64,000 nucleotides of DNA from Carpediemonas membranifera BICM (lineage: Eukaryota; Protista; Fornicata), in NCBI GenBank assembly GCA_019828565.1, contig JAHDYR010000053.1:160214-224213 (forward strand), given 5' to 3'. Numbering within the stretch: the stretch's first letter is position 1; each line of letters opens with the position of its first letter. Positions 41,890-54,083 of the stretch are shown piece by piece. The translations under genes and the position numbers were made by a program. The notes beneath the pieces are model-generated. The model was not told where the DNA came from and made no database searches. It saw only the letters and a list, made by a program, of their open reading frames with translations.

Positions 41890-44800
41890 TTACACAAATC
41901 TCAAGCTCGGAGTCGTTGAGACAGCCTCCATCAATGCATCTCCAGCCCTTATCTCCTCAGCACTGAGTCCCAACCCACTCAGCGACGGCGGCCTCGCAAA
42001 TGGACCGGGGTTAAACCGCTCCGGCATGGGGGTTGTGTCCGGCCATAGTTCAGACATGTCGTCGATGGGCATAACCTGCGCAGCTGTCACCGGTGTCTGC
42101 ATCGTGGCGGTGTGACTCTGTGCGGCGGTCGAGTGGAAGTTGGCGACGTCACGGAGGAGTCGTCTGGCTGCGTCGACTTGCTCGCGAACCTCCTTGTTCT
42201 CCTCCCGCAGTCGCGTGGCCTCTCTGCGCTCGTCTGACGCCAGGCGCTGCTCGCTGGCGGCGGCTGTGCGCGCGCTCTCGATGGTCAGCGCCGCCTGCTT
42301 CTCGGCGTCACGCTTGGCAGCCTCCGCATCGGCCTTGGCGCGCTCGATCTCAGCGCGTGCGGAGTCGCGGTGGCGCTCGATCTCGGCGCGATCTCCGTCA
42401 AGTCGATTCTCGAGTCGCGAGAGCTCAGCTTCGCGCGCTGAGATGTCTCGCTCGCGCTGGGCCAGCGTCCGCGCGGTCTGCTGCGTCTCGTTGCGCGCGT
42501 CGCCGATCGTGTCGGTCTGCTCGGCGAGCGCTCTCTCGCGAGCCTCGAGGTCGCGCCGAAGGGCAGTTAGTCGCTTCGCCTCCGCGTCGAGCTCGCTGTG
42601 CAGCGCGATCAGCTCTGCGCGGTCTGCGCTCGCTGCGTCGCGTGCTGTTGCGGCATCGCTGCGGTCGCTGTCAATCTGCGCGCGCATTCGCGCGATCTCA
42701 GCCTCGGCGCTGTTCAGCTGGCGCGCAGCATCCCTCTTCGCCTCGTCGCGGAGGCGGGCGAGCTCGGCCTGCTGCTGCTCGCGTTGCTTGTCCAGGTCGC
42801 GCCGCAGGCTTTCGCGCTCGGCTATGAGGCGCTTCTTCTCTTGCTGAAGCGCGTCGCGCTCATCGCGCAGCTTGCTTTCGATGCCGGTCGCCGCGTCCTC
42901 GACCGAGCGGCGTTGCTCTTGCAGCGACGCGCGCTTCACCTCGAGATCGGCCTCGAGTCGCGCGACCTTCTCGCGCTCGGCCTTCAGCGCGGCCTTCGCC
43001 TCCTCGGCCTCGCGACGCATTGCCTGCTCGCGCTCGTAAAGCTGCTGCTCGAGGTCGCGCTTCCCGCGCTCGATCGTGTGGTCGGTCGACTCGCGCATGC
43101 GCTCGGCGTCGGCTTCAAGTCGCGCCGTCGCCAGCCGAAGCTGCAGCTCGCGCTCCTCGAGCGCCTGTTGCGTCTCGCGCACTTGCTTGCGGAACGCCTC
43201 GCGCTCTGCTTCAAGCTGATTGTCAGCGGCAGCGCGCTCCGCGTCGAGCGCAGCCTCGAACTTGCTGCGCTCAGCGGCGCGCTTCAGTTCGTCATCGGCC
43301 TTGCGCCGCGCAATGTCGATCTCGAGCTGCGCCTCGAGCTTCTTGACCTCGGCCTGCAGCTCATCTCGCCGATTCGCCATCGCCGCGACGTCATCCGCGC
43401 TAACGCCGACCTGCACCTCGAGCCGGCTGAACTCGGCGACCTTCTGCTCGTGCGCCTGCCGATCTGCCGCAAGCTGTCGCCGAGCCTCGTCGGCCTGGCT
43501 CTGCAGCTCCTCGGCCCGCTCCCGCAGTCGCGTGGCCTCTCTGCGCTCGTCTGACGCCAGGCGCTGCTCGCTGGCGGCGGCTGTGCGCGCGCTCTCGATG
43601 GTCAGCGCCGCCTGCTTCTCGGCGTCACGCTTGGCAGCCTCCGCATCGGCCTTGGCGCGCTCGATCTCAGCGCGTGCGGAGTCGCGGTGGCGCTCGATCT
43701 CGGCGCGATCTCCGTCAAGTCGATTCTCGAGTCGCGAGAGCTCAGCTTCGCGCGCTGAGATGTCTCGCTCGCGCTGGGCCAGCGTCCGCGCGGTCTGCTG
43801 CGTCTCGTTGCGCGCGTCGCCGATCGTGTCGGTCTGCTCGGCGAGCGCTCTCTCGCGAGCCTCGAGGTCGCGCCGAAGGGCAGTTAGTCGCTTCGCCTCC
43901 GCGTCGAGCTCGCTGTGCAGCGCGATCAGCTCTGCGCGGTCTGCGCTCGCTGCGTCGCGTGCTGTTGCGGCATCGCTGCGGTCGCTGTCAATCTGCGCGC
44001 GCATTCGCGCGATCTCAGCCTCGGCGCTGTTCAGCTGGCGCGCAGCATCCCTCTTCGCCTCGTCGCGGAGGCGGGCGAGCTCGGCCTGCTGCTGCTCGCG
44101 TTGCTTGTCCAGGTCGCGCCGCAGGCTTTCGCGCTCGGCTATGAGGCGCTTCTTCTCTTGCTGAAGCGCGTCGCGCTCATCGCGCAGCTTGCTTTCGATG
44201 CCGGTCGCCGCGTCCTCGACCGAGCGGCGTTGCTCTTGCAGCGACGCGCGCTTCACCTCGAGATCGGCCTCGAGTCGCGCGACCTTCTCGCGCTCGGCCT
44301 TCAGCGCGGCCTTCGCCTCCTCGGCCTCGCGACGCATTGCCTGCTCGCGCTCGTAAAGCTGCTGCTCGAGGTCGCGCTTCCCGCGCTCGATCGTGTGGTC
44401 GGTCGACTCGCGCATGCGCTCGGCGTCGGCTTCAAGTCGCGCCGTCGCCAGCCGAAGCTGCAGCTCGCGCTCCTCGAGCGCCTGTTGCGTCTCGCGCACT
44501 TGCTTGCGGAACGCCTCGCGCTCTGCTTCAAGCTGATTGTCAGCGGCAGCGCGCTCCGCGTCGAGCGCAGCCTCGAACTTGCTGCGCTCAGCGGCGCGCT
44601 TCAGTTCGTCATCGGCCTTGCGCCGCGCAATGTCGATCTCGAGCTGCGCCTCGAGCTTCTTGACCTCGGCCTGCAGCTCATCTCGCCGATTCGCCATCGC
44701 CGCGACGTCATCCGCGCTAACGCCGACCTGCACCTCGAGCCGGCTGAACTCGGCGACCTTCTGCTCGTGCGCCTGCCGATCTGCCGCAAGCTGTCGCCGA

Positions 44801-47800
44801 GCCTCGTCGGCCTGGCTCTGCAGCTCCTCGGCCCGCTCCCGCAGTCGCGTGGCCTCTCTGCGCTCGTCTGACGCCAGGCGCTGCTCGCTGGCGGCGGCTG
44901 TGCGCGCGCTCTCGATGGTCAGCGCCGCCTGCTTCTCGGCGTCACGCTTGGCAGCCTCCGCATCGGCCTTGGCGCGCTCGATCTCAGCGCGTGCGGAGTC
45001 GCGGTGGCGCTCGATCTCGGCGCGATCTCCGTCAAGTCGATTCTCGAGTCGCGAGAGCTCAGCTTCGCGCGCTGAGATGTCTCGCTCGCGCTGGGCCAGC
45101 GTCCGCGCGGTCTGCTGCGTCTCGTTGCGCGCGTCGCCGATCGTGTCGGTCTGCTCGGCGAGCGCTCTCTCGCGAGCCTCGAGGTCGCGCCGAAGGGCAG
45201 TTAGTCGCTTCGCCTCCGCGTCGAGCTCGCTGTGCAGCGCGATCAGCTCTGCGCGGTCTGCGCTCGCTGCGTCGCGTGCTGTTGCGGCATCGCTGCGGTC
45301 GCTGTCAATCTGCGCGCGCATTCGCGCGATCTCAGCCTCGGCGCTGTTCAGCTGGCGCGCAGCATCCCTCTTCGCCTCGTCGCGGAGGCGGGCGAGCTCG
45401 GCCTGCTGCTGCTCGCGTTGCTTGTCCAGGTCGCGCCGCAGGCTTTCGCGCTCGGCTATGAGGCGCTTCTTCTCTTGCTGAAGCGCGTCGCGCTCATCGC
45501 GCAGCTTGCTTTCGATGCCGGTCGCCGCGTCCTCGACCGAGCGGCGTTGCTCTTGCAGCGACGCGCGCTTCACCTCGAGATCGGCCTCGAGTCGCGCGAC
45601 CTTCTCGCGCTCGGCCTTCAGCGCGGCCTTCGCCTCCTCGGCCTCGCGACGCATTGCCTGCTCGCGCTCGTAAAGCTGCTGCTCGAGGTCGCGCTTCCCG
45701 CGCTCGATCGTGTGGTCGGTCGACTCGCGCATGCGCTCGGCGTCGGCTTCAAGTCGCGCCGTCGCCAGCTTCGAAGCTGCAGCTCGCGCTCCTCGAGCGC
45801 CTGTTGCGTCTCGCGCACTTGCTTGCGGAACGCCTCGCGCTCTGCTTCAAGCTGATTGTCAGCGGCAGCGCGCTCCGCGTCGAGCGCAGCCTCGAACTTG
45901 CTGCGCTCAGCGGCGCGCTTCAGTTCGTCATCGGCCTTGCGCCGCGCAATGTCGATCTCGAGCTGCGCCTCGAGCTTCTTGACCTCGGCCTGCAGCTCAT
46001 CTCGCCGATTCGCCATCGCCGCGACGTCATCCGCGCTAACGCCGACCTGCACCTCGAGCCGGCTGAACTCGGCGACCTTCTGCTCGTGCGCCTGCCGATC
46101 TGCCGCAAGCTGTCGCCGAGCCTCGTCGGCCTGGCTCTGCAGCTCCTCGGCCCGCTCCCGCAGTCGCGTGGCCTCTCTGCGCTCGTCTGACGCCAGGCGC
46201 TGCTCGCTGGCGGCGGCTGTGCGCGCGCTCTCGATGGTCAGCGCCGCCTGCTTCTCGGCGTCACGCTTGGCAGCCTCCGCATCGGCCTTGGCGCGCTCGA
46301 TCTCAGCGCGTGCGGAGTCGCGGTGGCGCTCGATCTCGGCGCGATCTCCGTCAAGTCGATTCTCGAGTCGCGAGAGCTCAGCTTCGCGCGCTGAGATGTC
46401 TCGCTCGCGCTGGGCCAGCGTCCGCGCGGTCTGCTGCGTCTCGTTGCGCGCGTCGCCGATCGTGTCGGTCTGCTCGGCGAGCGCTCTCTCGCGAGCCTCG
46501 AGGTCGCGCCGAAGGGCAGTTAGTCGCTTCGCCTCCGCGTCGAGCTCGCTGTGCAGCGCGATCAGCTCTGCGCGGTCTGCGCTCGCTGCGTCGCGTGCTG
46601 TTGCGGCATCGCTGCGGTCGCTGTCAATCTGCGCGCGCATTCGCGCGATCTCAGCCTCGGCGCTGTTCAGCTGGCGCGCAGCATCCCTCTTCGCCTCGTC
46701 GCGGAGGCGGGCGAGCTCGGCCTGCTGCTGCTCGCGTTGCTTGTCCAGGTCGCGCCGCAGGCTTTCGCGCTCGGCTATGAGGCGCTTCTTCTCTTGCTGA
46801 AGCGCGTCGCGCTCATCGCGCAGCTTGCTTTCGATGCCGGTCGCCGCGTCCTCGACCGAGCGGCGTTGCTCTTGCAGCGACGCGCGCTTCACCTCGAGAT
46901 CGGCCTCGAGTCGCGCGACCTTCTCGCGCTCGGCCTTCAGCGCGGCCTTCGCCTCCTCGGCCTCGCGACGCATTGCCTGCTCGCGCTCGTAAAGCTGCTG
47001 CTCGAGGTCGCGCTTCCCGCGCTCGATCGTGTGGTCGGTCGACTCGCGCATGCGCTCGGCGTCGGCTTCAAGTCGCGCCGTCGCCAGCCGAAGCTGCAGC
47101 TCGCGCTCCTCGAGCGCCTGTTGCGTCTCGCGCACTTGCTTGCGGAACGCCTCGCGCTCTGCTTCAAGCTGATTGTCAGCGGCAGCGCGCTCCGCGTCGA
47201 GCGCAGCCTCGAACTTGCTGCGCTCAGCGGCGCGCTTCAGTTCGTCATCGGCCTTGCGCCGCGCAATGTCGATCTCGAGCTGCGCCTCGAGCTTCTTGAC
47301 CTCGGCCTGCAGCTCATCTCGCCGATTCGCCATCGCCGCGACGTCATCCGCGCTAACGCCGACCTGCACCTCGAGCCGGCTGAACTCGGCGACCTTCTGC
47401 TCGTGCGCCTGCCGATCTGCCGCAAGCTGTCGCCGAGCCTCGTCGGCCTGGCTCTGCAGCTCCTCGGCCCGCTCCCGCAGTCGCGTGGCCTCTATGCGCT
47501 CGTCTGACGCCAGGCGCTGCTCGCTGGCGGCGGCTGTGCGCGCGCTCTCGATGATCAGCGCCGCCTGCTTCTCGGCGTCGGAACGGAACGTTGCAATCTC
47601 GGCGCGCTGTCTGTCGATATCTTCGTTCCAAGCACGTTTCCTCCGTTCTAGCTCCGCAGACTCGTTTTTAAGTTGACCAGTTGTCTCCAATATCTCACGT
47701 TCTCTCGTATCAATGCTTTTTGTCAGCAAATCAAGCCTCACGCGCTCCGTTTGAAGCATAGAACTGGACCTGGACGATTTCAGCCGCATATATGCAGGTT

Positions 47801-47870
47801 CCATGGATAAAATGGTTGTAAGATCATGCGGTAACGGTATTGGTGCCTCCCTGTCACCTTTCCCTGCCAT
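41890..47870 (-). CDS. Giant coiled-coil protein (~1,990 aa) built from 439-aa repeats; 2-bp frameshift at ~45769
   Basis: ORFs 45618-47870 and 41890-45732 join at a 2-nt insertion found in only one repeat unit; E/R/A/Q-rich heptad-like composition. Confidence 0.85.
42203..47579. repeat. ~4.1 tandem copies of a 1,317-bp coding repeat
   Basis: Equivalent positions at 42598, 43915, 45232 and 46551. Confidence 0.95.
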
Positions 47871-48083
47871 CGCTTGTTACCTGTCCTTAAACTGCACATT
47901 CTCTCATCGACCAGAGCTGTGGTTGACGAGTGGGCGGCCATGACGATATTCCAGTATACTTGATATCATAAGTCTATTTGCCGTGCCAGGTTTCACAGTC
48001 CACTGCCATGAGTCTCATCCTGTGAGGCCATAGTTTACAAAAAAACGCGGGCAGCCAAATATTATCATCACCGAACCCAGTTC

Positions 48084-49268
48084 TCATAGCCCCACATCTG
48101 CGAGCACCTCCACAGGCGCCCTAAAGCCCAGGACGGACCCGAGCTCCTCGTACGACTTGCAGTGTTGCAACGCCTCCCTCTTAGGCGGGGGGACCAACTC
48201 CTTCCTGCCCTTAAAGCCAAAGCTGAGGTTGTACTTGGCATTGGCCGCGCTCACCCCGCACAGCACGCTGTTCTCATAAAGTTTTGTGAGGAATTCCATG
48301 CCGTCGACGGGACCTCGCTTGAACATCGAGATACCGCTGAACGCGCCCCGCGCGAGCATGAAAGAGGTGCATCCCGAGGCGTCCTGGCACGCTGCGATGT
48401 CATCCTCCGTCATCAGCCCCCCGTTGGCGATCACAGGAATGTTGGCCGACTCCCTGATCAACCTGAGCCGCTCCCAATGGACAGCGGCAGACCGCGAGTC
48501 CTTAGGATATCTGGCGTGTATGGTGATCGCCTTGACTCCCGCCTGCTCCGCCATGGCGAGGAACTCTAGATCGCGTCTCTGCCCCACGTTGTCGGGGTCA
48601 TTCTCGTGGTAGAGCCGGGTCTTCACGGTCACCGGCTTGTTGGTAGCCCTGACCATCGCCTTGAGGACGGCGGAGGTGCTCTCGAGGTCGAACATGCGGT
48701 TGACGCCCATGTCTCCCTTCGTGCTGAAGGAGACGTTGCACCCACAGTTCAGGTCGAAGGCGGAGACATCTCGCTCGATGTTCTGCACGGCAGATATGGC
48801 GTATACGTCGTTGGCTGAGCCGATCTGGCATACCACGGGGCCCTCGCGCGGACAGGTCTGAAACGCGAGTGGGCCGCCATCGGGCAGGCGGTACTCTACA
48901 AGCGGTATACTGCCGATAGAAGACACATGACGATCAGAACGCATCAGTTTCTGATCAATGATGACGTCTGTGAAGCATGCTGTGGCTCCGAACTGAGTGG
49001 CTGTGATCCGCATCGGAAGCGTACCAGCGCGGACCATTGGCGCAAGATAACGTCCAGAGGAGAAGTCTGGAGCCGGTTTAGGCTCAAATGGAGCGCCTTC
49101 AAGGGCCATCATTCCGTTCGAGTCACCTGCCCCAGCACGATAGCCGGCCAATGCCAGTGGAGCAACAAGCCGAGAAGGCGATGGAAGAGCCGCTGTATTG
49201 TAGCATACCGGGCTTTTGGCATCCGTATCGCCCGCTGATCCCCTAAACCTGCCGGGTTGAGTGTCCAT
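48084..49268 (-). CDS. DUS2: tRNA-dihydrouridine synthase (DUS2-like; true start probably ~49112)
   Basis: LAPMVRAGTLPMR, DLNCGC, PVTVKTR, ITIHAR, PVIANGG, MLARGA. Confidence 0.88.
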   Translation of the reverse strand: MDTQPGRFRGSAGDTDAKSPVCYNTAALPSPSRLVAPLALAGYRAGAGDSNGMMALEGAPFEPKPAPDFSSGRYLAPMVRAGTLPMRITATQFGATACFTDVIIDQKLMRSDRHVSSIGSIPLVEYRLPDGGPLAFQTCPREGPVVCQIGSANDVYAISAVQNIERDVSAFDLNCGCNVSFSTKGDMGVNRMFDLESTSAVLKAMVRATNKPVTVKTRLYHENDPDNVGQRRDLEFLAMAEQAGVKAITIHARYPKDSRSAAVHWERLRLIRESANIPVIANGGLMTEDDIAACQDASGCTSFMLARGAFSGISMFKRGPVDGMEFLTKLYENSVLCGVSAANAKYNLSFGFKGRKELVPPPKREALQHCKSYEELGSVLGFRAPVEVLADVGL

Positions 49269-49299
49269 GTCGAGTCAAGCCTGCCCAACCTTCATGTCT

Positions 49300-51113
49300 T
49301 TACACAGCCATTGGCCAGGTCCAGACCTTCCACATAGATTTGACGGCAGCAATGAGATCCCTTGTTGCCTTCTTGGCACGCTTCAGCCATGACCAGGGGG
49401 CCTGGACGGCATTCCGTATGATGTCGACGGTTCTCTGCGCTTTCACGATGTTTCGATCATTAAAGGCACTGCTGGTGCCGTTCGGGAGGATGTGACTCTC
49501 CTCGTACACCTTCAGGATGTCCCGCGTGTCAGAGATAGCCTGGTCGACGATGGACTTGACCCTCGTCTTCGTCGTTAGCTTCCTGAGCTGAAACCACAGA
49601 GTCTTGAATGTCACACGACCCTTGCGACTGCGTTTGAAGGCGCAGAAGAAGACCAGTTTGGCGATGTCGATAACCATCTCAGTATGTTCAGGCAGAGGGC
49701 TGGATAGGCGCAAGTGGGCACGGACAGCATCGCGTTCGACGTGGTCGGGAAGCTTGCAGTCGTTACAAAACGTCTCGAAGAGTTTCTTCAGATTCGCCTT
49801 CAAATCCTCCATCCGCCTCTCCGCCGCTGCCTCGTCCTCGTTCTCCTTGGACTTGGAGAGATGGGGGCGCCACTTCTCCTTTGCAGCCAGGATGGCGCTG
49901 TGAAGCTTCGTGGCGAGGTCGGGCAGGGCCTTGCAGAGCGCCTCGGCGATGACCTGGAGCTTCAACTCAAGTCGGTTGCGGAACTCATCACGAAGGGCTT
50001 TGCTGATGTCCTTTGTACCGTCGTCAAAGCACTGCACTGCATCAGCCTGTGTCGTCTCGGCAAAGTGGTCCAGACATGTTTCCTCCTTGCGGAGCTGCTT
50101 CCTGAACCACTCGACGTTTGACTCAAAGGCTGTGGCTGCCACGTACCTGCTCGTGATGTAGTCGGCGTCGAAAACGTTGACCCGACCCAAAAAGTGCTCG
50201 GGCGTCACTCCGTCAAAGGCGCGGTGGGCAGTCAGTCGACCCTCGCCACGACAGTGGTTGAACCCAGCCTTATCCACGCCGCCAATGTGTTCCTTGATGT
50301 GGCTATAGATGTCCTCATTGGCCAGCTGGTTCAGGTCGTAGGGCCTCACCCCCTTGATCGCGAGCTTGATCCAGTCGTCGAACCCAACGCCGGCCCCGGC
50401 GTCCTCGGCCTCGGCAGCACAAGCCCAGAGAGCTTCATACCTCCTCTTGAGCGCTGCTTGGTCAGCGTCGGTGACCACACCAGGGTCACCCTTGTCATAG
50501 TCGTGGAGCACGACGAGGAGGTGCAGCGAGCGACGGGCGTGGTTGGTTTGCTGGAAGTGGCGAAGACGCTTGAATATGTCCTTGAGGAGATCCTCACCGT
50601 AGTTCGTTTCGAGGTTGTTGGCGTAGAGATTGAGCACGCAGAGGTCTGAGAGAGCGAAGGCCGTCAGGTAGAGTTGGTGGTCGGCGTTAAGGGCGTCTTC
50701 GGCGGCTGCGTTGGAGCCCTGGAAGTCGAGGGCGATGATACCGTCGCTCTTTTGAACGAAGACGCCCTCGGTCCCGTGGCCGTTCTGGCGAAGCATGAAG
50801 GAGGTGCCCATTGTCTTGTTGGCGAGTTGAGACTTACGAGTGTTGCACGCGCCGACAAATGAGATCACAGGATCGTCGCTGGCAATGATCTGCTGGTAAA
50901 CCTCTGAGCCATCATCAGTGCTGCGTGAATTTCGATAAGAGGAACGAACAAGGCGAGCTCGGTACCACCGTTGGGCTGCTTAACGACGGAAATGATCTGC
51001 TTCGGATGTTCCATCTGTTCTGTGAGTTCTTCTCTTGTCAACTCATGAAGGCCGACGAGAAATGGTCCTTGTGACAGAGTTACAGAAATACATAACTTCA
51101 TGTATAGTGCCAT
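49300..51113 (-). CDS. Sey1/RHD3 (atlastin-type) GTPase-like protein with degenerate P-loop; 5' exon uncertain
   Basis: ISFVGACNTRKSQLAN..MGTSF, TEGVF, LDFQG, AFALSDLCVLNL, LLVVLHDY. Confidence 0.65.
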
Positions 51114-51226
51114 GACATGTTAGTGGTGATCAAAAAGTGACAATATCGCCTGTTATTTAGGCACAATTATTAGCCAAACTTGTGGAAAGCGCTGCCGGAA
51201 GCGTGCGTGATAGTTTACTATGGCAA

Positions 51227-52198
51227 TTAGGTCATCTTGGTGTCATAACCCACCTTGCTGACCCTGAGCTGGTCTAGCACAGCCAGGGCACCGTCCAGAC
51301 CAGACCCCTTCTTCGTCCGATAGGGCGACGCGACCACCGGCGCCTGCAGCGGCGTGCCGTCGTAAGACTTTGACGGACTTTGCCTCGGGTCTGCGAGTCG
51401 ATCCTGAGTCAGTGACTTCGACAGTGAGTCGAGTTCGGCGTCAGGCTCGGGCATTTCGGGAGGGTCCATGGGTGCATCAACACAGTCGGCGGTCTTGTCC
51501 AAGATACGCTCAATATCTCTCACTGACCGGAGCAGGTCCTTCTGGTGCTCAGCAGGCAACCTGCTTGACTCTAGACTGACTGCCAGCGTTCGGCCAAACG
51601 ACTCAAACGAAGTCCTCACATCCCCAATCATCCGCGACGCCTCATCCAGGCGGAGCGACTGGGTTCTTTCGAGCGCGGCAAGGTAGCCACACCGGGCCTG
51701 GGCCTGGGCGAAACCTTGGTACAGACTCGTGAGGCGGTGCGAGGGGAAGGCGTCGGACTGGGCCCACCGCATCATGCGCTCGTGCTCAGACTTCAGCGAA
51801 GTGATCTCGTCGGTAGCTTCAGCCAGTTGTTGCTGGAGCTGGTCGTGACGTTGGGCAAGGGCGCGGCGTTCCTCATCGGCGTGCTGTGTGTTTTCGAGGC
51901 TGTCGTTCTCGGCTCTTTGGAGTGCTGAATCCGATTCGGCGAGTCTACTGGTAAGCTTAGAAATTGTAGTGTTGAGATCCCGCTTTTCAGCATCCCACTG
52001 TTGCTTGAGCACCGCATGGCGTGTCTTGAACTCTACAAACTCCCTCGTCGTCTGATTCAGCTCCTTGTTCAGATCAGCGATACGAGAAGCTGACAAGTCC
52101 ACGAGTTTTTTTGGATTGGAGTTGTATCCCCTCTCTGCGGATGCAGGAGAGTTCATTTCGGATTTTCGTGCCATAAACTGCTTCCTTGAAAACTGCAT
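51227..52198 (-). CDS. Hypothetical coiled-coil protein
   Basis: Long heptad-rich ORF; start uncertain. Confidence 0.65.
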   Translation of the reverse strand: MQFSRKQFMARKSEMNSPASAERGYNSNPKKLVDLSASRIADLNKELNQTTREFVEFKTRHAVLKQQWDAEKRDLNTTISKLTSRLAESDSALQRAENDSLENTQHADEERRALAQRHDQLQQQLAEATDEITSLKSEHERMMRWAQSDAFPSHRLTSLYQGFAQAQARCGYLAALERTQSLRLDEASRMIGDVRTSFESFGRTLAVSLESSRLPAEHQKDLLRSVRDIERILDKTADCVDAPMDPPEMPEPDAELDSLSKSLTQDRLADPRQSPSKSYDGTPLQAPVVASPYRTKKGSGLDGALAVLDQLRVSKVGYDTKMT

Positions 52199-52357
52199 GA
52201 AAACACGCCACCCAGCTCCTCCAACGACACCGACTGAAGCTCTCTGGCCTGCCCAGTTGGCATAGCGTATACTATGTCCAGATCCGACATCCCATGCCCC
52301 GCAATCATGCAAGATAACATTTAAACCGCCATTGGGAATACATGCTCACCATCGTCA

Positions 52358-53992
52358 TCAGGCCCTAGTGTAGTTCAGTGCGCCTCTACAAGTTGCCGCC
52401 CCGCAATGACACGGCACAATATCCCCCTCGTCGCTCAGCTGGTAGTCATACGTCAGCTCTTCCCCCGGGGCGATGGCTCTGAGAGTAAATAGCCCCACCC
52501 GGCTGCCGTTCGCCCCGCTGATCACCCTGGACTTGCAGTTGGGGGCGCATGAGTGGTTGAGCATGCGGCCCATGTTTCCCTCGTGTGTGGCGTCAATAAC
52601 TCCGTCAGGGACCTTAAACATATAGTCCGACCCGACCGTTAAATTATATAAATCAGCCCGGCGGTCAATAACAACCTCGCTTTGGACCCACCGACCCACG
52701 TACTCGACAAGCAGAGTGTCTGCAGGGATCAACTCGCCTGAGAACACACCCCAGTCATGGATGGGCGACTGTCTGATAAACATACGGTACGGCACCGCAG
52801 GGACGGCCCACGGGTCTCCACGGAGCCTGGGGGCCCTCCGCTTGGGCACGAGCTTGGGGTTGAGCACCATACTGAACTGAGTCAACTTGACTCCGTGGGT
52901 CGAGTCAGATAATGATTTGAGTCGGTCATAGAAGCCCATACGCCAGGGCCTCAGCGACCTCACCTCTGCCTCGAGGACTGCACGCGGGGCTGGGTTCCCG
53001 CCATAGGTCTCTGCGGCCACGATCAACGGCAGGAGCTCCTCCTCGAGGGCCGCGTCCGTCCCTGCGGTGACTGAGGACGGTGGGGCCGACACCATGCCAG
53101 GGTCGGCCATCGTGAGCTGGGCTGGGATGTGCGGCTCGGCCACTGGTGGGGCGGGAGGCACGTCCTCATCTGACTCGAAGTCGAACTCCTCCGAATCCGC
53201 CTCTGAGTCCTGGTCCTGTGAGTCTGCCGAGTCCGAGGCAGAGTCGGAAAGCTCGTCCTCCTCCTCGATGATTGGCGGGGGTCTGGGCTTGGCCGGGGCG
53301 GCTTTCCGCTTCTTGGGGGCGGCTTTCTTGGCTGCAGGTGCTTGTGGCTTCTTAGGCGGTTCTTCTTTCACTTCCTCCTCATCGCTAGACTCTTCATCGT
53401 CATCGTAGATATTGAACAGTGAGATGATGGCCTCACCGCATGGCTTCGCCCCAAGCACGGCACGTCGGTCGCAGAGTGTGAGGAAGAGGCTGAGTATCTC
53501 CCACAGGCGGTCAATCTCAGCGGAGGGGGTGTCTAGTTGTTCAATGACCGTAGCCTTGGAGACTGGGAAGTCGTCGCTGGATGCAGCAGCTCTAATGAGC
53601 GCGCGGGCGAGGGCCGGTGGCTGGTGAACGATGAAACGGCGCTGAAGAATCTTGTCGAATGCCTGAGAGTAGCGTACAAGTTGTGAGGATAGCACCATTG
53701 CGCTCTTCAGTGTCAGGCCGCTCCTCAATGTGGAAATCTCGGTCTCAAGGGCCATGTTCAGGATATCAGCGGTGTCTTTGGAGGGATTCTTCAGTACAGC
53801 GCATATAATTTCTTCTGTATTCTCGATAATCTTGTCAATTTCATCTCGCGAAGGTCTGGAACCCATGTTCTCGGAGGAGTTCATGTGCTGCGCAGGATTA
53901 GAATACTTGAGTCCAAAACACACAGTGATCCAAGCAGCATCAGGATCGCAGTGTGGTTCATCATACTCTATCAATCGTGCGCTGCATATCAC
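52358..53992 (-). CDS. SET1-like histone lysine methyltransferase (SET + post-SET)
   Basis: SPIHDWGVF, VEYVG, YMF, IDAT, NHSCAPNC, GEELTYDY, CHCG...CRG.LN. Confidence 0.9.
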   Translation of the reverse strand: MICSARLIEYDEPHCDPDAAWITVCFGLKYSNPAQHMNSSENMGSRPSRDEIDKIIENTEEIICAVLKNPSKDTADILNMALETEISTLRSGLTLKSAMVLSSQLVRYSQAFDKILQRRFIVHQPPALARALIRAAASSDDFPVSKATVIEQLDTPSAEIDRLWEILSLFLTLCDRRAVLGAKPCGEAIISLFNIYDDDEESSDEEEVKEEPPKKPQAPAAKKAAPKKRKAAPAKPRPPPIIEEEDELSDSASDSADSQDQDSEADSEEFDFESDEDVPPAPPVAEPHIPAQLTMADPGMVSAPPSSVTAGTDAALEEELLPLIVAAETYGGNPAPRAVLEAEVRSLRPWRMGFYDRLKSLSDSTHGVKLTQFSMVLNPKLVPKRRAPRLRGDPWAVPAVPYRMFIRQSPIHDWGVFSGELIPADTLLVEYVGRWVQSEVVIDRRADLYNLTVGSDYMFKVPDGVIDATHEGNMGRMLNHSCAPNCKSRVISGANGSRVGLFTLRAIAPGEELTYDYQLSDEGDIVPCHCGAATCRGALNYTRA

Positions 53993-54083
53993 GCGCGCTG
54001 CAGCGCGTGTTTGCTCAACTTAGCAAGTTAATGATAGCGAGGAAGAGCACCTCTCTGGGAGTCGTAGTGGAAAGGAGATTGCT

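Noticed and set aside
42093-47676. Many long plus-strand and alternative-frame ORFs over the coiled-coil gene
   Set aside because: Shadow ORFs of a GC-rich repeat with S/R/A low-complexity translations.
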